A stretch of 56,643 nt of DNA from a virus (Duplodnaviria; Caudoviricetes), in the IMG/VR virus record IMGVR_UViG_3300033508_000293, positions 1 to 56,643 of that record. One strand, written 5' to 3'. The first letter of the stretch is position 1. Each line of letters opens with the position of its first letter. The notes under the pieces were generated by a model, which was not told where the DNA came from, ran no database searches, and saw only the letters and a list, made by a program, of their open reading frames with translations. Shown here one piece after another: positions 1 to 7,803 of this stretch. Made by a program: the position numbers and the translations under genes.

Positions 1-913
1 ATTTGACAGCACAAGCGTAATGTGGATGATGGTTATTTGATCCTAATACATCCCAATAATCAGAAGAAAAAGAAAGTACAATACCATCCAAAGCATACTT
101 TGAAGTTGCTCTGTAATCTTTGAATTTAGGATATACATTAGAGAAAAAATCTTCAACACTTGTAGTATCCATACTGAATACTTTTTGGAAACCTAAAGCT
201 GAAAGAAATTCCAATTGATTTTTTGGTTTGATAACATCTGAACCATTGTTAATAGTAATGTGATAAGCAACAAAATCAATATCTTTCATAATTTCTGTAT
301 CAAGTTCTTCTCTGGTAATAACACCTGCTAACCAGTTTCTTGGATTATCAACATTATTAGGATCTGAATATTTCTTTTCCCAAAGAGCAGTTTCAATAAT
401 AACTTCACCTCTAATGGTAATTTTATCATGAATAAGATTACCTAACTTATTAGGAACAATGAGTTTCACACGGTCTGTTCTATCTAATCCACCTTGCTCA
501 TTTCCTCTTGTAGTAGCTTGTGTTAATTCACCATTAAGATAAACTAATTCCATTGAATTACCATCAAATTTTGGTGTACAATTTACATCTTCATTAGGAA
601 CTTTATTGAAGAAATTAGTAATATCAATAGGAAATACTTCTACTTCATTATCCATAGATACTTGAAACTTCCTGAGAGAAAGCATTGGATATTGATGAAG
701 AAAACGAATACCTCTATCACCTACAGAAAGTTCATCAACTAAGTCATACTTTTTAAGAATTTCCATATTAGGAGAACCTAAGATGAAAGGAAGTAATGAA
801 CCAAGTGATTTGAGTTCATCTTCTAATTTATCAAAAGTTGCATCAGAAACTTCTGTTTGTCCATTATAGTAGAGGTACTTCCACTTTAAATATGTTCTTT
901 CTTTTTGGTACAT
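1..913 (-). CDS. ligA: NAD-dependent DNA ligase, N-terminal part (runs off window start; not in ORF track)
   Basis: Manual translation from ATG at 913: MYQKERTYLKWKYLYYNGQTEVSDATFDKLEDEL...HQYPMLSL...TPKFDGNS (KxDG adenylation motif)...ATTRG...IRGEV...NPRNWLAG...LDGIV. Confidence 0.93.
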   Translation of the reverse strand, partial: MYQKERTYLKWKYLYYNGQTEVSDATFDKLEDELKSLGSLLPFILGSPNMEILKKYDLVDELSVGDRGIRFLHQYPMLSLRKFQVSMDNEVEVFPIDITNFFNKVPNEDVNCTPKFDGNSMELVYLNGELTQATTRGNEQGGLDRTDRVKLIVPNKLGNLIHDKITIRGEVIIETALWEKKYSDPNNVDNPRNWLAGVITREELDTEIMKDIDFVAYHITINNGSDVIKPKNQLEFLSALGFQKVFSMDTTSVEDFFSNVYPKFKDYRATSKYALDGIVLSFSSDYWDVLGSNNHHPHYACAVK

Positions 914-939
914 AGGATATTTATTAAGATTTTGTCTTA

Positions 940-971
940 CAAAGATAATACAATTATATTAATTAAACAAA
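940..971 (-). promoter_or_regulatory. Bacteroidetes-type sigma-A promoter upstream of ligA
   Basis: Minus strand reads TTTG-N20-TATCTTTG, matching the Bacteroidetes -33/-7 consensus TTTG-N19-21-TAnnTTTG. Confidence 0.75.
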
Positions 972-1157
972 TTATTTAGAATACTTTTTTAATTCTTTAA
1001 TTTTTTCATAGAAAAACCATATACAATAGATAACTGATATACTAAATAATAATACCATCCACCATCTATAATCTTTCATAAAGAGTACTCTAGTACCAGT
1101 AGACCCTAATATTAGTGCAAGAGGAATATAAATTCCTAACATTATTTTTTTAAACAT
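972..1157 (-). CDS. small membrane protein (2 predicted TM)
   Basis: Two hydrophobic stretches; co-directional and tightly spaced with neighbours. Confidence 0.6.
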   Translation of the reverse strand: MFKKIMLGIYIPLALILGSTGTRVLFMKDYRWWMVLLFSISVIYCIWFFYEKIKELKKYSK

Positions 1158-1169
1158 AATTATATCTTA

Positions 1170-1436
1170 TTAATTAAATATAGTATTGATAAATAAAAAT
1201 TTATTAATTTGTTCAGATATTTCATCTTCTAATCTTTCACCAAATTCATTACAATAATGGAAAAATAATGGATCCCCATTTTTACCACATCTTGCAATTA
1301 ATGTAGGATATAACATTTTATGTGCTTCATATCCCCAAAAAGATTTAAAAGTAACATCAACAGGATATAAAGTATGATGTTCATTAGGTGTAATTCCATT
1401 TGATGTTTTATCAATTTCAATTTTTATTATTCTCAT
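1170..1436 (-). CDS. hypothetical protein
   Basis: ORF in tight operon spacing; no recognised motif. Confidence 0.6.
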   Translation of the reverse strand: MRIIKIEIDKTSNGITPNEHHTLYPVDVTFKSFWGYEAHKMLYPTLIARCGKNGDPLFFHYCNEFGERLEDEISEQINKFLFINTIFN

Positions 1437-1440
1437 AGTC

Positions 1441-2055
1441 TTATTTTTTATTTTTGTCTCTTATGTGATAAAATAATTTATTTTCTTTTAATATTTCTAA
1501 GTCAGCTTTAACCAATTTACGGTTTAACCAATCTTCTTTGGTTTTAATACAATCACAATTGAAAAAATTATCAAATTGTAAATTTTCAACCATATATCTA
1601 TTATGGGTAATGATTAGAATTCCTTTGTCTGGAAATTCTTTAAATTTTTCATTGAAATAGTCTACTAAACTCATAACAAGTTCTTCACCCATACCAATTT
1701 CAGGTTCATCAATTATAATAAATTCGTGTTTAGTTGTAAATAAGTTTTCAATAAGATGAAAAGTATTTAAAGATGTTGGTATCCAAGCAGTATCATGCAG
1801 TACACCAGATAATGGACCCCAATCAGCATTGGATTCAGTTCTTTTCTGCATAGAAATAGAACCTACTTTATGTGCAAGTGATTTAGGTTCTACACCTAAT
1901 CTTTCAGCAAATTTAAATATGATTTGTGTACGAATTAATGATTTACCCACACCATTACCACCAGTTAAAACAGAAACACCCTTATAAGGAATGTTTTCCA
2001 TAATATCTACTAATGATTCAACGTGGGCTTCAATATTTTCTGAAAAATGTGTCAT
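1441..2055 (-). CDS. ABC/AAA-type P-loop ATPase
   Basis: Walker A GGNGVGKS, Walker B IIIDEPE, H-loop IITH. Confidence 0.8.
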   Translation of the reverse strand: MTHFSENIEAHVESLVDIMENIPYKGVSVLTGGNGVGKSLIRTQIIFKFAERLGVEPKSLAHKVGSISMQKRTESNADWGPLSGVLHDTAWIPTSLNTFHLIENLFTTKHEFIIIDEPEIGMGEELVMSLVDYFNEKFKEFPDKGILIITHNRYMVENLQFDNFFNCDCIKTKEDWLNRKLVKADLEILKENKLFYHIRDKNKK

Positions 2056-2060
2056 AATTA

Positions 2061-2249
2061 TTATTTTAAAAAAATAAGTACAACTAACAACGTATTGACT
2101 ATTACAGTGAACATAAGATTATAAATTAAAAAATTAAATCTTTTAGTTCTTTCTGCTTTATCAGTTTCAGAAACTGCCCATTTAGCCATAAAGAAACAAG
2201 CATAGGGTAAGTACATCCAAAATTTTGTAGTCTTTAAAAATTTAATCAT
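2061..2249 (-). CDS. small membrane protein (start probably MIKFLK)
   Basis: Hydrophobic C-terminus; the promoter at 2274-2305 overlaps the longer called start, favouring the ATG at 2249. Confidence 0.55.
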   Translation of the reverse strand: MIKFLKTTKFWMYLPYACFFMAKWAVSETDKAERTKRFNFLIYNLMFTVIVNTLLVVLIFLK

Positions 2250-2273
2250 ATGTTTATGTTTTAAATTAAAGTA

Positions 2274-2305
2274 CAAAGATAAATTAAATTTATTTATTAT
2301 CCAAA
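2274..2305 (-). promoter_or_regulatory. Bacteroidetes-type sigma-A promoter
   Basis: TTTG-N20-TATCTTTG on the minus strand. Confidence 0.75.
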
Positions 2306-2448
2306 TTATTTTTAATTTTTAATATTTTCTTCTTCCTAATAATCATAGGTTCATTTTCAATATAGCACCTAATACAATATCCTTCCACTATTTTATATCT
2401 TTGGTATTCTCTTTTACAACAAGGACAAATTATATATTCACTTTTCAT
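2290..2448 (-). CDS. 52-aa zinc-finger-like protein (not in ORF track)
   Basis: MKSEYIICPCCKREYQRYKIVEGYCIRCYIENEPMIIRKKKILKIKNNLDNK; CxxC...CxxC; TATCTTTG box at 2453-2460 immediately upstream. Confidence 0.6.
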   Translation of the reverse strand: MKSEYIICPCCKREYQRYKIVEGYCIRCYIENEPMIIRKKKILKIKNNLDNK

Positions 2449-2476
2449 TTTACAAAGATACAAATATATTTTAAAT

Positions 2477-2499
2477 AAAAAAACCCTTTCGGGTTTCTT
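2477..2499 (-). terminator. intrinsic terminator
   Basis: AAACCC-GAAA-GGGTTT followed by a T-run on the minus strand, right after the stop at 2500. Confidence 0.75.
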
Positions 2500-2934
2500 T
2501 TAAATCATTTTTTTAATTTTTTCTAATTCATCAAGATATGTTTCAGATAATTTAAGAATTTCTGGTGTTCCTTTTTCATTTCTAATAAATTCTTTTAATG
2601 TACTTATACATAAACCAATATCATCATTAAATGATCTATGGAATTTTTCTTCATACATTACATCTATTATAGAAATTAATAAATCTTCTTCATCCCCTAC
2701 ACCTAAATTATCAGCAAATTCTTGTATTTCTTCTTCTGGTAATTCTACAAGTTCTTTAGCATCAACAAAGGCATCATAAACATCAGTAGATATGTTAATA
2801 GTTTCTGTCCCCCATATACCTTTAAGGCTATCTTTGGTTTTAAATATTTTAAACATTTTGTTTAGAATAGATTTTAAATCATTATCTCCTTTACTTTCTG
2901 TAATTAATTGTTTAAAATTCTTTAAATATTTCAT
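2500..2934 (-). CDS. acidic protein with capsid-targeting-like leader (MKYLKNFKQLITE)
   Basis: Start reassigned to 2934, because the longer start crosses a terminator and a TATATA box; the leader matches the recurrent motif. Confidence 0.65.
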   Translation of the reverse strand: MKYLKNFKQLITESKGDNDLKSILNKMFKIFKTKDSLKGIWGTETINISTDVYDAFVDAKELVELPEEEIQEFADNLGVGDEEDLLISIIDVMYEEKFHRSFNDDIGLCISTLKEFIRNEKGTPEILKLSETYLDELEKIKKMI

Positions 2935-2968
2935 TTTATATAAATATATTTTAATGTATATATAAAAT

Positions 2969-2996
2969 AAAAAAAGGAATATTTTCATATTCCTTT
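2969..2996 (-). terminator. intrinsic terminator
   Basis: AAAGGAATAT-GAAA-ATATTCCTTT plus T-run. Confidence 0.75.
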
Positions 2997-3002
2997 AATT
3001 TT

Positions 3003-4184
3003 TTAGTTTATACCAAAATATTCTCTTAATTTTTTGATTCCATCTTCTTCTATCATATTTAGAACTCTTTTATTACCTTCTAATTTTACAATTTCTAAGT
3101 AATATATAATTTTAATAAATTTATCTAATGCTGCTTTATCTATTTTTGATCCACCAACATCAGATAATTCTATCAATGAATTAGTAGTAGGTATTTGTGC
3201 TCCAATTTCTTTAGTTTTTGTATAAATTAAACTTAATAAGAAATTAAATTTAGACCACTTTTTAAATTCAGGTGTCTCAATAACAGTTTTTTCATATTCT
3301 TCAATAATCTTATAGTCATAGTATTTATCATAATAGATACCTAACATAATAATTAACTCAATGAAGAATGATAATATAATGAATGATATGATATTACTTT
3401 TATTATCTGACAAAGCTTTTGTTGAACTATTGGTATATTTATTAGTACTTGTTTCAACTTCTTTATCTCTTCTATCTTCATATTTAGTAATTGAAAGTTT
3501 ATTAGATTCAATTTTAGTATTATTATCACTAATCTTTTTATTATTAGCATCAATTAAATCAGTGTATTTCTTTTTGTAAGTATAAGTTGCACGTTTTGAT
3601 TGTTCTGCTAAATCAGTATTTTGTGCATTAAATTCAGTATTTTGATCTGTTAATATTTTATTATCATCCATTAATGGTTTAATATAATTAACAAAATAAA
3701 ATGTATTTAATGAATCTGATTTAGTAGTAATATTAGTTTCTGCTTGTGCAATAATAATTGGGTTATTATCTACAAATTTCTTAGCACCATTTAAACTTAA
3801 ATAGAATGAACCACCTACTATTAAGAATACACCTAATAGGAAGGAAATCATATTAACTTTAAATATATTAAATTTATTTTTAATGGCTTCAACACTAAAC
3901 ATACCAAATACATATCTTTTTAAAAGTTCAAACATTGTTAAAAAGATTATAATACCACCAGTAATGAATACACTATCTTTAACATCCATAAATGAACTAA
4001 AGAAAAGAGCCTGAATAAAAAAATATGCCAAGAATATGGACACACCATTTCCAAACCAGGAAAACCAATAAAGGAATTTATCGATCCATTTGAATCTTTC
4101 AGTATAGCTTTTTGTCATTGTCTTATTTTTCAATTCAACATATGTTTCAAAAGCAATTTTTGATTTATTAATATTATCAAACAT
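3003..4184 (-). CDS. multi-pass membrane protein with central coiled coil
   Basis: Three N-terminal TM segments, a long polar coiled coil, one more TM, then a soluble C-terminal domain. Confidence 0.7.
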   Translation of the reverse strand: MFDNINKSKIAFETYVELKNKTMTKSYTERFKWIDKFLYWFSWFGNGVSIFLAYFFIQALFFSSFMDVKDSVFITGGIIIFLTMFELLKRYVFGMFSVEAIKNKFNIFKVNMISFLLGVFLIVGGSFYLSLNGAKKFVDNNPIIIAQAETNITTKSDSLNTFYFVNYIKPLMDDNKILTDQNTEFNAQNTDLAEQSKRATYTYKKKYTDLIDANNKKISDNNTKIESNKLSITKYEDRRDKEVETSTNKYTNSSTKALSDNKSNIISFIILSFFIELIIMLGIYYDKYYDYKIIEEYEKTVIETPEFKKWSKFNFLLSLIYTKTKEIGAQIPTTNSLIELSDVGGSKIDKAALDKFIKIIYYLEIVKLEGNKRVLNMIEEDGIKKLREYFGIN

Positions 4185-4199
4185 AATTTTTATTTATTT

Positions 4200-4604
4200 T
4201 TATTTATTTACATAATCACTTATATATTGTAAAAATAATATAAGTTCTTTCTGATTTGTTAAACTTGAATATACAGTCATATCAATTAATGTATAATCAT
4301 TAGATTTTAATAGGTTTGTATTTACTACTTTATATTCTAAATACAATAGACTATTAATTTTAAAATGATATGTTATTACATCATATATTTCTTTTCTATA
4401 TTCAGTTGATGTACCAACTGGTGCATTATTATCTACTAATTTATAGTCAGAATTTTTTTCAAAATTAATTATATCCATCTTATATTTAAGATTAATATGT
4501 GCAACTAATTGATCTTCATTAATATTTAATTTACTTAATTGAAAGTAACTAGAACATGGAAAATTGGTTAATTTTTTCACATATTTATAAAATTTATTCT
4601 TCAT
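4200..4604 (-). CDS. hypothetical protein
   Basis: ORF directly downstream of rpsU. Confidence 0.6.
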   Translation of the reverse strand: MKNKFYKYVKKLTNFPCSSYFQLSKLNINEDQLVAHINLKYKMDIINFEKNSDYKLVDNNAPVGTSTEYRKEIYDVITYHFKINSLLYLEYKVVNTNLLKSNDYTLIDMTVYSSLTNQKELILFLQYISDYVNK

Positions 4605-4607
4605 AAA

Positions 4608-4802
4608 TTAATCTTTTTCATTTAAGTTTAATCCTTGTACATAGATTGCTTTCTTTTTCATATCTCTACTTACAACAGATGGTTTGATAAATAATTGTCT
4701 AGCTCTTAATTCTCTTAATACTTTGGTCTTTTCAAATTTCTTCTTGTACCTTTTTAACATTCTTTCAATGTTTTCACCTTTTTCTTGTTTAATAATCAAC
4801 AT
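4608..4802 (-). CDS. rpsU: ribosomal protein bS21, Bacteroidetes type
   Basis: MLII...GENIERMLKRYKKKFEKT..LRELRARQ.FIKPSV..R, with KAIY(54) in the C-terminal helix. Confidence 0.93.
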   Translation of the reverse strand: MLIIKQEKGENIERMLKRYKKKFEKTKVLRELRARQLFIKPSVVSRDMKKKAIYVQGLNLNEKD

Positions 4803-4811
4803 AATTTTTCT

Positions 4812-4817
4812 CTCCTT
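4812..4817 (-). promoter_or_regulatory. Shine-Dalgarno sequence of rpsU
   Basis: AAGGAG 9 nt upstream of the ATG (TATAAGGAGAGAAAAATTATG). Confidence 0.75.
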
Positions 4818-4900
4818 ATAATTTATTTTTTGTTTACATTATTATATATTAAATAATTAAAATTGTTTAAAATATATAACATTTTTAAATTTCATTTATT

Positions 4901-4910
4901 TATATATAAT
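4901..4910 (+). promoter_or_regulatory. putative phage late-promoter box (TATATATAA)
   Basis: The same W-ATATATA-A box recurs about 20-40 nt upstream of many starts (e.g. 10752, 18212, 24307, 27212, 37052, 42278); resembles the T4 late promoter TATAAATA. Confidence 0.55.
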
Positions 4911-4932
4911 AAAAAGACAAAAAAGTTATACT

Positions 4933-5550
4933 ATGAAGCAAATTAAAAAATTTGATGAATTCATCAATGAAAAGAAGAGTGTTAAGGATGTTAAGATTTC
5001 AATTGAAGAATTATTAGATGTTATTGATGATAATGAATTAAATTTATCAACAACTTTTAATCTTGATGTTGATGATGGAAATGTTACAGAAAAGGATAAT
5101 ATTAGTAAACTTTTTTCAGATTCACAATTTAATAAAAAATTAGATAAGAAAAAATTAAAAAAAGGAAAATTACAAGATACTAAAGACAGTGAAACTTTAT
5201 TAGATGATAATTATGTTTTAAGATTTTTCTTTGTATATGAAAGAGGTGCATTAGAAATAGAAGAACCAAAATATATTTTAATTCAATATTATAATAAAGA
5301 AAAAAATACTGTTAGTGATATTAAAGTTTATGAGAATCATGATTCTATTAATAAATTTTATGAAGTATTAACTGATACTACAATAGATATAAGAAAAGGA
5401 AAGAAAGATTATATTTATCAAACAAGTAACTCAGGTAATAATTGGGAATTAAAAAATCCTAAACAAGTTACAAAAAAATTTAAAGATGAGATGGATTATG
5501 AAGAAGTGGATAAATTATTAAAAAATAAAAAAGTTCAAATACAAAAGTAA
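4933..5550 (+). CDS. hypothetical protein with capsid-targeting-like leader (MKQIKKFDEFINE)
   Basis: Leader motif; follows a TATATA box. Confidence 0.7.
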   Translation: MKQIKKFDEFINEKKSVKDVKISIEELLDVIDDNELNLSTTFNLDVDDGNVTEKDNISKLFSDSQFNKKLDKKKLKKGKLQDTKDSETLLDDNYVLRFFFVYERGALEIEEPKYILIQYYNKEKNTVSDIKVYENHDSINKFYEVLTDTTIDIRKGKKDYIYQTSNSGNNWELKNPKQVTKKFKDEMDYEEVDKLLKNKKVQIQK

Positions 5551-5553
5551 ATT

Positions 5554-7803
5554 ATGGCACTAATAGATGATGAAAGTAATGGAATGAGTAATAAACAGAT
5601 TCAATTAGATACTAAAGAACATAGTATTGAACCACCATGTGAAATATGGATTGGTGATTATGTTTATTTTACTAAAGAATCTAAAAATAATTGTATTTCT
5701 AAATTTAGTATTGGTTATTGGGATTCTAATTTAGATAAATATTTAATAGGACAAGAAAAATCACCTACTTTTAAAGTAATTAAAAAATTTAAACATGATA
5801 AACATGAAATATATCCTTGGTGGTCTTTTTTTATTGTGGATGGTGAAGAAATAGTATTACCAGATGATGCATTAATACTAATTAACAAAAAACCAAATTA
5901 TACACCAAAAAAGAAAAGAATATTAGAATCTTTAACTGATATAGAATCTAATTATCCTGTATTTATAATAAATAATAATGAAGAATTTAAAAAAATTCAA
6001 GAAAAATTATTTAGTATCGATATTGTTTGGAATACAGATGAAAGAATAGTATTCACTGAAAATGTAAATGAATTTCCACTTCATATTTTTATTGATAAAA
6101 ATGATAAAAGATTTTTTTATAGATGTAAAGATAGATTATATCATGATAGTGTAAGAGCCACAATTATAGATAATTATGATCCAGAAAATCATAATGATAT
6201 AACTGATAGAGTATATAAAATGTTTGAATTTGATAGAGTTTTTAAATTAAGACCAAATTATAATCCAAAGAAAAGAGTATTAGAAAATCTTTTATTAGAA
6301 GAAGAAAATAAATTTTCACCCTTTAGAATATGGTGTGATACTTTTGAAAAGGCAATAGAATGTGAATCATTTTTACATAAGAATAAATATTATTATCAAT
6401 ATGATCCTAAGAAAAATTTATTACGTGATGGTGATTGGGATTTTACTTGTTTTACTTTCACTAATTTAAATCTTCATAATAAAACATTTGATGGATATGA
6501 TATGAGAAGAGATGAATTAAAAACAACTGAATTAATATTTCCTGAAGATAAAACCAAAATTAAAAATGTATTAAAATTTGGAAAAATTGCACCATTATAT
6601 AAACCAAAAAAGAAAAAATTAAATGAAGCAAAAAATAGTATTGATGATGCAAAGGAAATAATGATATTAATTAGAAATGAAGATGAATTAACTTTATTAT
6701 ATAATAATATTAAACCATTAGGATATGTAATAAGTGATGGATTTTTTGATATTTTTAAACATATAAATACACCTATTAGTTTATTTATTAATTTACATAA
6801 TGGAAATATATCACAAGCTACTTTAGATAATAATCAAAGAAAAAGAATTCAAGATGTATATTATTTAAATGGTGTATGGGAAAGGGAATTAACTATTGAA
6901 GATTTACCTTATATTCTTAGAATATTAAAAACTGGTAGAATAATAGAAGAAAAACCTAATTATAAACCTAAAAAAATATATAAATTAGATGAAGACGTTA
7001 ATTATGAAATAATAAAAAATATACCGGAATATTCACCAATATTAACACCAAAAGAACAAAGAGAACTATTTAAACTTGATGATAAAGTAATAATTAGACC
7101 TGATGCATTTGATTATTTTAATGATGCAGATGTACAATTTATGAAATTTGATTTAGGACAAGAAGTTATAATAACACAAATTAATACCTTACAGGATCTT
7201 TATACAACACGTCCTAATGGTTCATATAGAACTATATTAAATACAAGTGTGGTAAATTCTGATGATTTATTAATAACAGTGAAAAGTCCAAGACATTCTT
7301 TTACATATTATTGGTATTATAGATGTTTACATATTCCAATAATAAAACCTAATTATGCACCAAGAAAAAGAGTATTAGAAAAATTAAATGAAGAAATAGT
7401 AGGAGAATTAACTGATTCTATTAGACATTCTAATTATTTTTCTAAATATACTTCATTTTTTGTTGTTTTTAATAGTGATATAAGTCATGAAGAATATGCA
7501 AAAATACGTACATTATTAACAAGTGCTTTAAATGTTGATACACCATCTCATTCAGCTCTTTATAGAAATGAAAAACAATTTTATCTTGTATTTAGATTTA
7601 ATAAATATTCAGATTGTATAGAGTGTGGATGGAATAATATATCTGCATTAGAAAATAGTAATAAAATTAATGATGATGTATATCCAAAATTATTTACTAT
7701 TAATGATATTAATTCTGAAACTAAAATAAAGAATATATTAAAAAACGGTGGAGCAATACCAGATTATTCACCAAGAAAAATAAATAGATTTGATGAATTC
7801 TAA
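5554..7803 (+). CDS. modular polyprotein-like protein A (6 modules ending in PxYxP[KR]K)
   Basis: Motif starts at 5893, 6253, 6592, 6955, 7348 and 7759. Confidence 0.8.
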   Translation: MALIDDESNGMSNKQIQLDTKEHSIEPPCEIWIGDYVYFTKESKNNCISKFSIGYWDSNLDKYLIGQEKSPTFKVIKKFKHDKHEIYPWWSFFIVDGEEIVLPDDALILINKKPNYTPKKKRILESLTDIESNYPVFIINNNEEFKKIQEKLFSIDIVWNTDERIVFTENVNEFPLHIFIDKNDKRFFYRCKDRLYHDSVRATIIDNYDPENHNDITDRVYKMFEFDRVFKLRPNYNPKKRVLENLLLEEENKFSPFRIWCDTFEKAIECESFLHKNKYYYQYDPKKNLLRDGDWDFTCFTFTNLNLHNKTFDGYDMRRDELKTTELIFPEDKTKIKNVLKFGKIAPLYKPKKKKLNEAKNSIDDAKEIMILIRNEDELTLLYNNIKPLGYVISDGFFDIFKHINTPISLFINLHNGNISQATLDNNQRKRIQDVYYLNGVWERELTIEDLPYILRILKTGRIIEEKPNYKPKKIYKLDEDVNYEIIKNIPEYSPILTPKEQRELFKLDDKVIIRPDAFDYFNDADVQFMKFDLGQEVIITQINTLQDLYTTRPNGSYRTILNTSVVNSDDLLITVKSPRHSFTYYWYYRCLHIPIIKPNYAPRKRVLEKLNEEIVGELTDSIRHSNYFSKYTSFFVVFNSDISHEEYAKIRTLLTSALNVDTPSHSALYRNEKQFYLVFRFNKYSDCIECGWNNISALENSNKINDDVYPKLFTINDINSETKIKNILKNGGAIPDYSPRKINRFDEF

